A DNA stretch of 57,303 bases from positions 1-57,303 of the IMG/VR virus record IMGVR_UViG_3300005965_000006. One strand, given 5' to 3'. Origin of the DNA: a virus. Taxonomy: Duplodnaviria; Caudoviricetes. A program made the position numbers and the translations under genes. Below the pieces are notes generated by a model. The model was not told the origin of the DNA, made no database searches, and saw only the letters and a list, made by a program, of their open reading frames with translations. Positions 28,532 to 39,232 of this stretch are shown here, piece by piece. Position 1 is the stretch's first letter, and each line of letters opens with the position of its first letter.

Positions 28532-29120
28532 ATTTCAAAAATATTTTCCCACAATCTATAACCTCTTGGACAAGTTAATTGAAAAAACCCTTAATCCTAT
28601 TATAGATAAGAAAGTAGATAAACGACTTGAGGAACGTACTAATGATATAGTAGTAGCTGTTGATGCCACTATTAGAAAAATGATGGATGATAGAACTATC
28701 AAAATTAAATCTAATGTAGAAGACCTTTTTAAACAACTTATGTGGGAAAAACTTAAGCAAGCTGACGGTAGCCTAAAAGAAAAATTTGAAAAGGATATTG
28801 CTGAAGTTAATGCTTATGCAGAAAAGAAAATCCAAGAGGTTGATGATAAACTAGAAATATTGAAACAAAAACCTGAATACCAAGCCTCTACTGAGTTAGA
28901 GAAACTTGTGACAGATATTTGTTATGATATGGAAAAGAAATATCCGCAAAAAGGTATGGGTAAAGTAAAGAAACATAGAGCTTGTCTTGAGATTGATACT
29001 GTACCGTATCTCCCCGATAAAAGAGTTCAATGGCTTAGACAATCTACTCGCAAAATTGATAATGCTGAATTTAGGGCTATAATGTATTCTATGATAGATA
29101 AAATAGGTGGTGGTCTCTAA
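28524..29120 (+). CDS. Hypothetical coiled-coil protein
   Basis: Probable start MNKFQK overlapping the previous stop; the track ORF starts at 28434. Confidence 0.6.
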   Translation: MNKFQKYFPTIYNLLDKLIEKTLNPIIDKKVDKRLEERTNDIVVAVDATIRKMMDDRTIKIKSNVEDLFKQLMWEKLKQADGSLKEKFEKDIAEVNAYAEKKIQEVDDKLEILKQKPEYQASTELEKLVTDICYDMEKKYPQKGMGKVKKHRACLEIDTVPYLPDKRVQWLRQSTRKIDNAEFRAIMYSMIDKIGGGL

Positions 29121-29389
29121 TGGTCCGTTTGATAAATCAAAATGCAAAACTTGCTTTAGACTTTGATGACGTTACAGGTTATTATACTTCTACTGAAGAC
29201 TTTAAAATTACCTGGCAGGTTATTTATGATGCCTTTGTGTCCCAATTATCTACTGATAATGATTTTATAGAAAGTGATACAAGTGCTGTGTCAGGCTCTA
29301 CTCAAGTTAGGAATATTCTTATTGTAACTCAGGCTCAATATGATGCAATAACACCTGATGCCAATACTGTGTATCATATAGTGGGGTAA
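29120..29389 (+). CDS. Small tail-fibre-associated protein
   Basis: C-terminal TQAQYDAITPDANTVY motif typical of fibre junction domains. Confidence 0.65.
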   Translation: MVRLINQNAKLALDFDDVTGYYTSTEDFKITWQVIYDAFVSQLSTDNDFIESDTSAVSGSTQVRNILIVTQAQYDAITPDANTVYHIVG

Positions 29390-29392
29390 CTT

Positions 29393-31027
29393 ATGACACA
29401 AATAGGTTCAAATGACGTAGATAAAATATTGGCTGGAAGTGCGCCTATAGAAAAATCTTTTAATGGGGATAATCTTATATATAGTAGAGATTGGTTACCT
29501 ACTGATTTATTTTATTTACTTGTTTGGTATGATTTTTTAGATACAGATACTGTGTCTGTTGATGGCTCTAATGGTCTTACAGATATACTAGATAAAAGTG
29601 GTAATGATTATCATGGAAGTCAGAATGATGCTGAAAAAAGACCTGTTTATACTGATAATAATAAAGTTGTTTTCAGCGGTAATGAGTATATAGATATGAA
29701 GCCTACTGTGCCAGGACTTGTTAGGGCCACTTCAGTATTTAATTGTTTTACCTTGTGCCAATTTTCTTCTACAGCAGAAAATCAATATATAGCCGCATTC
29801 AGTATAGCAACAGCTACAGCAGTAAGATTTGGTCTAAGTTCTACAAGCGGAGCATTCAGTACAACAGGAAGAAGACAAGATATTGACGCTTTTACAGCGG
29901 TATCAGGAAGTGCTATAGATACAAATCTACATTTATTCCACGGGCAACATGACCATACTGTAGGTACAGCAACTGTATGGAAAGATGGTGTACAAGATGC
30001 CTATGACCCTGCTTTTAATGGTATAGGAACTACATATAACTCAGACTCTGCTTATGTAGGTTTAGGTAGTTTAAATGAAACTAGTTCTGGTTATTTCTAT
30101 AATGGTAATCTCTATGAAGTAGTTATAGCTAATGCTATGACTAAAAAAGAAAGACAAAAATTAGAAGGTTGGTGCGCTCATTATACAAATAATACGTCAT
30201 TATTAAATGTAAATCATCGTTATAAATCAAATAAACCTAAAAAATATGAGCCTTGTATCCTAGATGATTATGATGATATTTTAGTCGCTGCTGGATTAGA
30301 ACGCATGAGGTCTAATTATAATGGATATTGTATTAGAGTACAACGGGCCTCCGATTCTCAAGAACAAGATATAGGTTTTTCTGGTGATGAGATAGATAGA
30401 GTAGCTCTTGAGACCTTCTGCTCTGGCACTAATGGAGTAATTACTCGTATTTACCTACAGAATATGCCTAGCCTCTATTTTACCCCAGATTCAGACCCAC
30501 CTGTTATAGTAGAGAGTGGTATAATGGTAACAGACCCTGATGGTAATCCTGCAGCTAAAATGGTAGATAAAGCAGTTGATATGGAATATACACCTGGTTT
30601 ACCGGGAGATAGCTATAGTGTTTATGTTGATTACACTGTAATAGATTCTACTGATGATGGTAGAGCTTATACACACGGTTGGAACGGTGGAAATAATAAA
30701 GGTTTCTATATAGGTAATGATGGTTCAGGTAACTTCTCTCAATATTGGGGTGGAACTAGTTATTCAGAGGCTGGAGTAATTTCAGACAATACACGATACC
30801 AAATAGCTGTAGTAGTAGATGGAACACCTTCCTTTAAAACATACAATGAAACAACTAAATGGTTTGACGTGTGGTCAGGAGCTAGAGAATTAAATGATGA
30901 TTGGTTAATGATTGGAACACAGTGGGGCGCTGAAGTACCTAATTGTAATATGTATTTCAGAAAACTAGCTATACTCAATCACGCTATTAATGAAACTGAA
31001 CTAAGTCAATTAACTAGTTTTTCTTAA
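29393..31027 (+). CDS. Receptor-binding/fibre protein with two LamG (concanavalin-like) domains
   Basis: WYD...DKSGNDYH, KLEGW, CIRVQRASDSQEQDIGF. Confidence 0.75.
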   Translation: MTQIGSNDVDKILAGSAPIEKSFNGDNLIYSRDWLPTDLFYLLVWYDFLDTDTVSVDGSNGLTDILDKSGNDYHGSQNDAEKRPVYTDNNKVVFSGNEYIDMKPTVPGLVRATSVFNCFTLCQFSSTAENQYIAAFSIATATAVRFGLSSTSGAFSTTGRRQDIDAFTAVSGSAIDTNLHLFHGQHDHTVGTATVWKDGVQDAYDPAFNGIGTTYNSDSAYVGLGSLNETSSGYFYNGNLYEVVIANAMTKKERQKLEGWCAHYTNNTSLLNVNHRYKSNKPKKYEPCILDDYDDILVAAGLERMRSNYNGYCIRVQRASDSQEQDIGFSGDEIDRVALETFCSGTNGVITRIYLQNMPSLYFTPDSDPPVIVESGIMVTDPDGNPAAKMVDKAVDMEYTPGLPGDSYSVYVDYTVIDSTDDGRAYTHGWNGGNNKGFYIGNDGSGNFSQYWGGTSYSEAGVISDNTRYQIAVVVDGTPSFKTYNETTKWFDVWSGARELNDDWLMIGTQWGAEVPNCNMYFRKLAILNHAINETELSQLTSFS

Positions 31028-32588
31028 GCCAATCTAATATATGGTCTTTAAGTACCTTAGCGGATATATGATACTTATTTACAAGTGCTTCAACAATCTT
31101 TTCTTCAATAGTTCCTTTAGTAATTAAATCAATATATGTAACTTTATTCTTTTGTCCTATACGATAGTTCCGAGTTTCTGACTGTTGCCGCTTTTCTAAA
31201 TCGTAGTCTGAGTCGTAATATATGACATAACTAGCTGCATTAAGTGTTAAGCCCATTCCACCTACTGCCGGGTTAGCTATAAAGAACCTACACTCTGGGT
31301 CATTTTCAAACTTTTCTAATGGAGTCTCCCGGTCCTTCGTACCACCGTAGTATGTAACATAAGAGTCAGGACCATAAATCTTCTCAATCATTTCAGCAAT
31401 CTTAAGTATTCCCTTTTCAACAAAGTGAGACCAGATAATAACCTTCCCATTAATTTCCTCGAGAGTTTCCTCAAGTTCCTTCATCTTATTACACTTAATA
31501 TCTATAAACTTTCCACTATCTGTCTTAAGGAACCCATCACATATCTGTCTGAATCTAAGAAGTTGTGTCAACACAATAGTCACTGATACTTCATCATCTT
31601 CTAATACTATAAGAGCTTCCTTCTTAAGTTGCTCGTAATACTTCTTCTGCTCGGGGGTTAACTCAACCTGACGTGTAAGGTATTGTTTATCTGGAAGGTC
31701 CAAGCACTGTTCTTTAATAAGACGTATAGAAAATGTTTGAAGTTTAGCTGAGAGCTCTTCCTCATTTTGATAATCAACAATTTTCTTATATGATTGCCCA
31801 CCAAATGTAGTACAATCCTCTAGGATAGCATAGCGATTACGGAAAGCATAGAAATTACCGAAGCCTAAAAGGTCCTTAGATAAAAAGGCGCATTGAGCAT
31901 ATACATCAAGTGGAGCCTTAGTTATAGGTGACCCAGTAAGTATCCTACGAAACTTAGCTAGCTTTCCTACATCATATGCAGCAATCGACCTAATAGCCTT
32001 AGGGTTCTTTATCTTTGTAGACTCATCAATTACCATCAAACTGTTATGAACTTTAAGGAAGTTCTTCGCTAGCCGGTTCCCTTTACCCGAGGATGATTTA
32101 CCCTCAGGCATAAGAGCATCAATATTCATTACAAGAATATCTAAAAACGGCTCCGACTTCTTGGACAACATTTTCTTGTACTCTTCCATCTTAGTATTAG
32201 TAGGCCTACTTCCAGTCCACTTTGTTATCTTATAAGGTATATTATCTGGAATATGTTTTGGTATTTCTTTGTTAACCCAGTTTCCGTAAACACCTTTTGG
32301 AGCTATAATTAATAAACCTGTTATCTGATTATTAAGAAAAAGAAGCCCAGCAGTATCAAGAGTGACTTTTGATTTGCCGAGACCCATATCTAAGAACAGA
32401 GCAGCAGTTGTATAATCCCAAGTAGCGTATAGGGAAGCACGTTGATAATCATATGGTTTATATGTATATTGGTACATATCTGGAGTATGAAAACGGGTCC
32501 AAGAAGTATCTTTGTCGATTTCAAGAGTGAGTACTTCTACTCGCTCTTTCAGTGCATCAAAATAAGTATATGGATTAACAGACATCAT
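31014..32588 (-). CDS. SNF2-family SF2 helicase
   Basis: DMGLGKS, DEST, LTGSP, GGMGLTL, QSETRNYRIGQ. Confidence 0.92.
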   Translation of the reverse strand: MMSVNPYTYFDALKERVEVLTLEIDKDTSWTRFHTPDMYQYTYKPYDYQRASLYATWDYTTAALFLDMGLGKSKVTLDTAGLLFLNNQITGLLIIAPKGVYGNWVNKEIPKHIPDNIPYKITKWTGSRPTNTKMEEYKKMLSKKSEPFLDILVMNIDALMPEGKSSSGKGNRLAKNFLKVHNSLMVIDESTKIKNPKAIRSIAAYDVGKLAKFRRILTGSPITKAPLDVYAQCAFLSKDLLGFGNFYAFRNRYAILEDCTTFGGQSYKKIVDYQNEEELSAKLQTFSIRLIKEQCLDLPDKQYLTRQVELTPEQKKYYEQLKKEALIVLEDDEVSVTIVLTQLLRFRQICDGFLKTDSGKFIDIKCNKMKELEETLEEINGKVIIWSHFVEKGILKIAEMIEKIYGPDSYVTYYGGTKDRETPLEKFENDPECRFFIANPAVGGMGLTLNAASYVIYYDSDYDLEKRQQSETRNYRIGQKNKVTYIDLITKGTIEEKIVEALVNKYHISAKVLKDHILDWLKKN

Positions 32589-32784
32589 AAACTTCCTCCG
32601 CTCTACCTTTAGTAATATAATAAAGAATCATACACTCTCTATAAACTACTGTTGTTGAGGTATAGCAAGGAACTATTTTTACAATCTTTGCCCCTTTTTC
32701 ATGTAATTCTTTTAAAGCTTTATTAATATCTTCCTGAAATTTTTGGTATGTATCAGTACTACTACATACAATTTTTACCTGCAT
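32575..32784 (-). CDS. Small hypothetical protein
   Basis: AGGAG RBS; overlaps the helicase start. Confidence 0.6.
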   Translation of the reverse strand: MQVKIVCSSTDTYQKFQEDINKALKELHEKGAKIVKIVPCYTSTTVVYRECMILYYITKGRAEEVYDVC

Positions 32785-32879
32785 AATTCAAACTCCTAAT
32801 TTAATCTAACATTTATATAATATCGCGGAATCGACTGCTTGAGAATATGTTTCTAAATTATTTCTATAGTTGTAAATAT

Positions 32880-33200
32880 ACGTAGTGCTTTTTCAAAAAC
32901 AGAATAAAGAATATATAATATATAATATATAATATAAAAGCCTATAGCACGATGCAAAAATATTTTTTATTGACAGTCGATAAAAATCGAAAAATCGCTA
33001 TGTGCCGTATGTGCCGACGGCTCGAAAGTATTATTATAACTGCAATTGAGAAGCACTACCTCAATAACATTGAACTATGTGCTCTAATAGTGCCGTATGT
33101 GCTGGCGATAAAATTCTCGCGCGGTAATATATTCTAAACTACTTCTTCTTGCACATATACGCATATAATAGAAATTCAATTTCAATTCAAGCCATTCGTT
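32880..33200. other. Candidate replication origin (AT-rich tract plus TATGTGC iterons)
   Basis: TA-rich run at ~32905-32940; TATGTGC at 32999, 33008, 33076, 33096 and inverted at 33151; lies between divergent replication genes. Confidence 0.55.
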
Positions 33201-33308
33201 CGATATATCTCTTGGCTTAGTTAGTGTTTACCGGTCAGCCGACGCTACATATTCTCTAGCCGATTGTTTTATGTTATACTATAATTACAAGTTAAACAGG
33301 AGATTATT

Positions 33309-33950
33309 ATGACGGACCAATTTAATAAGTTTCTCGATAAAATGGAAGGTATCGATGGAGCTTTAGACGCAGCAGCCCCAAAGGCAGAAAACTTAGCTGA
33401 AATGAATGATTTAGTCCAAGATAAGTTGGACCTTGAAAAAGAGATTGCTGAAATGGAAGCAGAACTCAATAGTAAGAAAAAGGATTTAACAGACCTCGAT
33501 AGAGAAAAAATTCCTAACAAAATGATAGAGCTTGGCTTGAGTAAACTGGTAACAAAATCTGGCGCAGAGTTGTCTATAAATAAAGTTTATAGAGGAAACA
33601 TTTCAGAGAAGTATGCTGAGCATGCCTTAGATTGGTTTATAGAAACTAATCAAGCAGACAGTATAAAAAACGCTTATACTGTAACTCTAGGAGTAGGTAA
33701 GTCTGAGGAAGCTAGAAAGTTAGAACAGGCTCTAATAAATGAAGGTTTCGACTTTAAGAATAAGAAAGATATTGCTTGGAATACACTTGCTAGTATTATA
33801 AAGGATTTAGACCAATCAGAAGAGCTTTCAGATAATGAGGCTTGGAATAAATTACAAGAACAAGGTAAAGTGCCAAAAGGTCTTACTCTTAAAGATGCTT
33901 TAGGTGTCTATGATTATTATGAAACAAAGGTTAAGTTTAAGAAAAAATAG
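33309..33950 (+). CDS. Conserved replication-module protein
   Basis: AGGAG RBS; coiled coil then IPNKMIELGL and IAWNTL motifs. Confidence 0.7.
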   Translation: MTDQFNKFLDKMEGIDGALDAAAPKAENLAEMNDLVQDKLDLEKEIAEMEAELNSKKKDLTDLDREKIPNKMIELGLSKLVTKSGAELSINKVYRGNISEKYAEHALDWFIETNQADSIKNAYTVTLGVGKSEEARKLEQALINEGFDFKNKKDIAWNTLASIIKDLDQSEELSDNEAWNKLQEQGKVPKGLTLKDALGVYDYYETKVKFKKK

Positions 33951-33997
33951 GGCTAATTGTCAATTAGTCCTGGTATACTAAAGAAAAGGAGATTAAC

Positions 33998-34876
33998 ATG
34001 ACAAAAAAAGAACAGACCGAAGAAAAGAAAAACGAGGTAGTAACAACTAAATCAACAAGTTTATCTGCAGGCTTTAGTCAGTATGCAGGTGCTGGGGCTG
34101 AAAATATCACAAGAGACGATATTAAAATGCCTCATCTCAAAATTATCGAAGGTGGTTCTGATTATGTAAAGCAAGGCTCAGATGATTATATCGACGAAGC
34201 TAAGGTTGGTGATATAATCAATACAGCCACAAAAGAACTTTACACTAATAAAACAGATGGAGTTCTTATTATCCCTGTTATCAATAAGAAACTTTTTACT
34301 GAGTGGGCTCCACGTGGTTCAGAAGAGAGTACTGGTAGACCAGTAGCTTATCATGAATTACCACCAGCGGATGCTAAAGAAGTAGAAGTTTCTACTGAGA
34401 TTGGTACTAAAAAAGTACTTAAAAGAGAAAATGGTAATGAGATAGTAGAAACTCAATACTACTTTGTAATTATTTTAGATAAAGATAATAATCCTATACC
34501 TGGTATTATTGATATGTCAAGTACCCGTTTATCTAGCGCAAGGGAACTTAATACTTGCATATATAATTATACTCAAAAAGGTCTTCCAGCTTTTGCTGCA
34601 ATAATCAAACTAAAAACAGTATTTAAACAAAAGGGTGGAAAATCTTGGAATATTTACACTGTCAGTAAAGTTAAAGAACATGCTCTTTTAAAAGATGGCT
34701 TTTTAGATATTGAAGGTAGTGCAAAAGAATTATTTGAATATACCGCTAACCAATATAATATAGCTTTAAAAGATAAAAACTTCTTTATCAATGTTGCTAC
34801 AACTGATTCAGATAACCAAGGCGAAGGTAAAAAAGGTTCAGATACTAAATCTGAAGCTGTAAAAGGGATACTTTGA
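33998..34876 (+). CDS. Putative ssDNA-binding/replication accessory protein
   Basis: GAGAENITRDDIKMPHLKI, EWAPR, GNEIVET; position in the replication module. Confidence 0.6.
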   Translation: MTKKEQTEEKKNEVVTTKSTSLSAGFSQYAGAGAENITRDDIKMPHLKIIEGGSDYVKQGSDDYIDEAKVGDIINTATKELYTNKTDGVLIIPVINKKLFTEWAPRGSEESTGRPVAYHELPPADAKEVEVSTEIGTKKVLKRENGNEIVETQYYFVIILDKDNNPIPGIIDMSSTRLSSARELNTCIYNYTQKGLPAFAAIIKLKTVFKQKGGKSWNIYTVSKVKEHALLKDGFLDIEGSAKELFEYTANQYNIALKDKNFFINVATTDSDNQGEGKKGSDTKSEAVKGIL

Positions 34877-35024
34877 GAATATAGGCCCGTATTCCCTGGT
34901 GGTTAAGACCTATATTCAATAGTCCGTGGACAAATAAAAGACAGTAATGTCAATGTCGAGGAGAGGCTGAAGACTCCCAAACCGGCAAGCAGGTGGAAAG
35001 CCTGCATTATGGGGTTATTATTTT

Positions 35025-35070
35025 CCTGGTTTAGTGTTCCCCTGCAAAACCCCAAACCAGGGCCTTTTTT
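35025..35070 (+). terminator. Intrinsic terminator upstream of the primase
   Basis: CCTGGTTT...AAACCAGG stem followed by a T run. Confidence 0.55.
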
Positions 35071-35094
35071 GTCAGCGCAGAATTAGGAAGAGCT

Positions 35095-36660
35095 ATGAAT
35101 ATAGAACAGATTGCAAAGGAGCTAATGGAACTCTTTAGCGGGCTGGAAAATGGTCATGGGACATATAATCCACAGGTTACTGATGCCAAGGGTAAGTTAG
35201 TTGGACATGCTGAATTTATTCACGAACCTGCTACACTTACTACCTGGATTAATCATGTTAAAGGTGACCTTGGGGTAGGAATGGGTCCTATAAACAATTC
35301 AAGCCAGTGTCGTTGGGGGGCTATAGATATTGATGACTACAATATTAACCATTCAAAACTTATAAAGAAAATAATAGAATTAAAGTTTCCACTAATCTGT
35401 GTAAAGTCTAAATCAGGTGGCGCTCACTTGATGATGTTTATGACAGATTGGGTTCCAGCAGAGCTTGTTAAAGATAGATTAACTGAGATGGCTGCTGCTT
35501 TAGGGCATGCTTATGGTAAGAATAATAAGCCGACAGAGGTTTTTCCTAGGCAGTCGACTATCCTCTCGGACAGAGGCGATTGTGGTAACTGGTTGAATAT
35601 TCCTTATTTTGGTGGGGATGATTCAAATAGATATGCTCTTGATGAGAATGCTGAAAGATTGTCTACAGAGAAGTTTATAGAGGTCGCTAATAAGAGCAAG
35701 ATAACAGAAGACCAATTAAAAGCATTGGATGTTGCTGCTGTTCAATTAACCAAGTCTGAGTTTGCTGACGCCCCTTTTTGTTTAGGACAAATTTGTGAAG
35801 AAGGAAGTGTTTTAGAAGGTAACAGGAATATTTTTATGTATAATATGGGTGTATTGGCTCAAAAGATACATCCACACAATAGAGAAGAACGAAATGCTCT
35901 TATGGAGCGTTGGAATCAAGAACTATGCGACCCAGCTCTTTCAGCTAAAGAAATATGTGACTTACAATCCTCGCTAGATAAACACCCTGATTATAAGTAT
36001 CAATGTAAAGAATCTTTACTGCGGAGCTATTGTAATAATGCTATTTGTAAAACAAGGAAGCATGGTTTAAGTGGTGCTTGCCACATGCCTGCTCTTGCAG
36101 ACTTAACTAGATTGAATAGTAGTCCAGCAATATTTTTCTTACAGGTGAATAATGTTAGAGTAGAATTTGCTGATGTTAATGAATTAATTCAACAACCTAG
36201 ATTTCAAGCTTGTTGTGTAGAACAGGCAAACGTGATGCCTCCAACACTAAAGAAGTCAGAATGGACAGACCTTATAAATCAATTACTTGAAGATGTTAGA
36301 ATAATAGAGGCTTCACCAGATGCTTCTATAGAGGCTAAGTTAGAAGAGTTACTTGAATCTTTTGCTGAACAAATGTCTGCAGGATTAGACAGACAAGATA
36401 TTACAAGAGGATTACCGTGGTTTGATAAGAAAACACAGAAAACTGTATTTAAACTTCATGCCCTTGAGTCATTCCTTGCAAATAACAAATTTAGACAAAT
36501 GTCCAGGGGCCAATTAATAAATAAATTAAAATCCTGGGGCGGAGAGAGCAAACAAATAAAGATAAACGGTAAGAACCATAATGTATGGCAACTAACTATA
36601 GATAACATAGCTAATAAAGTATTTGATATTGAATTGAAAACGGAGAAAGATATATTGTGA
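35095..36660 (+). CDS. Archaeo-eukaryotic-type primase (prim-pol) with PriCT-like domain
   Basis: WGAIDIDDY, SKSGGAH, GNWLNIPY, EGNRNIFMY. Confidence 0.88.
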   Translation: MNIEQIAKELMELFSGLENGHGTYNPQVTDAKGKLVGHAEFIHEPATLTTWINHVKGDLGVGMGPINNSSQCRWGAIDIDDYNINHSKLIKKIIELKFPLICVKSKSGGAHLMMFMTDWVPAELVKDRLTEMAAALGHAYGKNNKPTEVFPRQSTILSDRGDCGNWLNIPYFGGDDSNRYALDENAERLSTEKFIEVANKSKITEDQLKALDVAAVQLTKSEFADAPFCLGQICEEGSVLEGNRNIFMYNMGVLAQKIHPHNREERNALMERWNQELCDPALSAKEICDLQSSLDKHPDYKYQCKESLLRSYCNNAICKTRKHGLSGACHMPALADLTRLNSSPAIFFLQVNNVRVEFADVNELIQQPRFQACCVEQANVMPPTLKKSEWTDLINQLLEDVRIIEASPDASIEAKLEELLESFAEQMSAGLDRQDITRGLPWFDKKTQKTVFKLHALESFLANNKFRQMSRGQLINKLKSWGGESKQIKINGKNHNVWQLTIDNIANKVFDIELKTEKDIL

Positions 36661-36860
36661 TGGGAAAACAAATGAAAATAATACCAATATATAAATGTTG
36701 GCTTATAGGGTATAAAGGCCAAAGACAAAAAGTTGAATGGGAAACATCTAATAAAGAATACGCAGAAGAATTTGCTCGTGTAAAAAATGAATATTATAAA
36801 GAGCAAGGTTTTGGCTTACATATAGAAATTGAAGAGGTTACTCATGAAGAAATCAGTTAA
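36660..36860 (+). CDS. Small hypothetical protein
   Basis: Overlaps the primase stop and the helicase start. Confidence 0.55.
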   Translation: MGKQMKIIPIYKCWLIGYKGQRQKVEWETSNKEYAEEFARVKNEYYKEQGFGLHIEIEEVTHEEIS

Positions 36861-38379
36861 GGTCTTAGGTCCTCCGGGCACAGGGAAAACTACTCATTTA
36901 TTAAATCTTGTAGGAGAAGCTTTAAATGAAGGGGTTCAACCCACAGATATATGTTTTACAACATTCTCAAGGGCAGGTGTTATAGAAGCTAAAGAGAGAG
37001 CAAGAGAAAAATTTGGTCTCTCCCGAGATGATATGAGATATTTCACTACTATTCATGCAATGTGTTTCAGAGCGCTTAATCTCTCCAGGGATAAAGTATT
37101 CGGTGGGAAACTGCTCGGAGCTTTCGCTAAACAATTGGGCCTAAAGCTCACGTGGGAAACTGAAGAAGGAATCTTTGCTGCCACTAAGGATGATAGGATT
37201 ATTAATATAATCAATTATGCAGAGGTTACAAGGCAAAATGTACGGGAAGTCTGGGAGCAGCATAAAGATATAGTTCCTTGGTACGAGCTTGTACGGGTAA
37301 TTGATGCTATGAAGATATTTAAAGAACAGAATAAGTTAACCTCATACAATGATATGATTATAGAAGTAGCTGAGAACCCACATATACAGTTACCTAAGTT
37401 CAAGTACTTGTTCATTGACGAAGCGCAAGATTCCTCTACCATTCAATGGAGCGTCATCAAAAATAAACTTCTTGGACAAGCTGAAAATGTTTACTTTGCT
37501 GGAGATGATGACCAAGCTATATTTGCCTGGGCCGGGGCTGATGTTAATGAGTTCATAGATATAAAGACTGATGAGACCACTGTCCTTGGTCAATCTTACC
37601 GTTGCCCTAAGACAGTGCAGACAATAGCTGATAGGGTCACTAACCGCATATCCAAGAGGTTGCCGAAAGAGTGGGCACCTGTTGAAGATGAGGGTGAGAT
37701 ACAAATTATCCGTAGTATTCACGAGGCTCCGCTAGAGAAAGGTAAGTGGTTGTTTTTAGGTAGGAATAGGAGTGTATTAAAGAATTTTGAGAAGGACCTT
37801 AGACTCAAGGGCTTTTATTATGAGACTAAAAATAATACAGCAACAGACCGCGCTTGGAAACCTTCTATGGAATATGCTCTGTATGAGCTTGCTCGGAAGT
37901 ACTGGTATTTTCAGGAATATAAAATGACAGATAAGAAAAGTCTCCTTCACGTTCTAGAAAATACTGCGCTCGCCCCTAATCTAAATAAGTATAAGAAGGA
38001 GTTACCTGATTTCATTAAGATGTCAAGTGCTCCTTCCGAGATTAGGGATTATTTCAATAATAGAAGTTGGGCAGAAGGAATAGTTACACATTCCTTTAAA
38101 GCTAAAGGCTATATTCAGGCTATGATAATGAGAGGAGAACAGCTTAATGAGACACCTCGTTTAAGACTTTCTACTATACATTCAATAAAAGGAGGGGAGA
38201 GCGAAAATGTTATTATTAGTTTGGACCTATCGGAATCTAGCTATAATGCTTTACAGAACAGTAAGTTTAGAGATGAAGAACTGCGGGTATTATATGTTGG
38301 TCTTACCCGCGCTAGTAAGAGACTTTATCTTTTGTATCCAGAGACTGACATGAACTATTTAGAGTACTTAAGAAAATAG
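36844..38379 (+). CDS. UvrD/Rep-like SF1 helicase
   Basis: GPPGTGKT, DEAQD, GDDDQAIF, QSYRCP, TIHSIKGGE, YVGLTRA. Confidence 0.93.
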   Translation: MKKSVKVLGPPGTGKTTHLLNLVGEALNEGVQPTDICFTTFSRAGVIEAKERAREKFGLSRDDMRYFTTIHAMCFRALNLSRDKVFGGKLLGAFAKQLGLKLTWETEEGIFAATKDDRIINIINYAEVTRQNVREVWEQHKDIVPWYELVRVIDAMKIFKEQNKLTSYNDMIIEVAENPHIQLPKFKYLFIDEAQDSSTIQWSVIKNKLLGQAENVYFAGDDDQAIFAWAGADVNEFIDIKTDETTVLGQSYRCPKTVQTIADRVTNRISKRLPKEWAPVEDEGEIQIIRSIHEAPLEKGKWLFLGRNRSVLKNFEKDLRLKGFYYETKNNTATDRAWKPSMEYALYELARKYWYFQEYKMTDKKSLLHVLENTALAPNLNKYKKELPDFIKMSSAPSEIRDYFNNRSWAEGIVTHSFKAKGYIQAMIMRGEQLNETPRLRLSTIHSIKGGESENVIISLDLSESSYNALQNSKFRDEELRVLYVGLTRASKRLYLLYPETDMNYLEYLRK

Positions 38380-38389
38380 GAGACACAGT

Positions 38390-38740
38390 ATGGAAATCTT
38401 TGTAGAAAGCCTATGTAAAGGTAAAAAATTTGAACCTGTAAAATTGGTAGTTCGTGCTGACCAATTAGTGAAAAAGGAAAATCTTGCAGCACTTAAAGAC
38501 CAGGTTATTGATGTATTAGAAAAAAATAGCCAGACTTATGTTGATAAGTTTATACCTGGTAAATTTGGAAAAGGTGAGAAGTATGCTCTTGTGTTTGTCT
38601 ATAGTATTATAGATACTTATAACTTTGAGAAGGATGAGTGGACTGACCCGCAAGCAAGTATAGATTTGTTTGAAGTAAGAGCTTTTCAATCTACTCCAAT
38701 TATACAGACAGCAGGAGGTATGCCGCCCCAAAAAGGATAG
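38390..38740 (+). CDS. Hypothetical protein
   Basis: AGGAG RBS. Confidence 0.6.
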   Translation: MEIFVESLCKGKKFEPVKLVVRADQLVKKENLAALKDQVIDVLEKNSQTYVDKFIPGKFGKGEKYALVFVYSIIDTYNFEKDEWTDPQASIDLFEVRAFQSTPIIQTAGGMPPQKG

Positions 38741-38872
38741 AAAAACAAGCCGATTCTATCATCAGCTAGAAAAATGTATAATAAATTTGTAGACAGTTAG
38801 TTGTAAATTAAAGTAGACGAAAGGATTAAATCATGGAAAAAAAACAATTATAAAAATACAGGTGGTAACAAC

Positions 38873-39232
38873 ATGAATATAAGAGATGTACAAGAACAAG
38901 TAAAACGAGAACTTGAGGATGCTCATTTCAGGCGTCGTGTTGAAATGGAAAAGAAAAGACTATTATCTAAACAAACATTTAAAGGGTTTATAGATAACTT
39001 AATCCCTTTTACACTTATCTCTAAATTAACTATAGACGGTTATAGAGAGATAATAAAACATCAAAGAGATAAAATAAAAGAACTTACTTTTGATAAAGAA
39101 CCTCTTCAACAACGTATCTTAACACTCCAAGAAGAGAACTTTAAATTAAAACATGGTGAAGAGGTTCTTTCTCTCACTGAACAACAAATTATAGATGATA
39201 TGAAGAAGTTGAATCCGAAAGGTTGGGACTAA
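38873..39232 (+). CDS. Hypothetical coiled-coil protein
   Basis: ORF overlapping the next start codon. Confidence 0.6.
   Translation: MNIRDVQEQVKRELEDAHFRRRVEMEKKRLLSKQTFKGFIDNLIPFTLISKLTIDGYREIIKHQRDKIKELTFDKEPLQQRILTLQEENFKLKHGEEVLSLTEQQIIDDMKKLNPKGWD

Noticed and set aside
25871-31027. Diversity-generating retroelement, given the BPP-1-like virion genes
   Set aside because: No reverse transcriptase and no template/variable repeat pair with adenine-specific differences were seen.
34955-35010. tRNA gene suggested by a T-arm-like hairpin
   Set aside because: The loop lacks TTC, and no acceptor stem, D arm or anticodon arm can be built.
38833-38873. A8 run that could extend ORF 38873 by phase variation
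   Set aside because: ORF 38873 has its own plausible RBS (AGGTGG), and no evidence separates this from chance.
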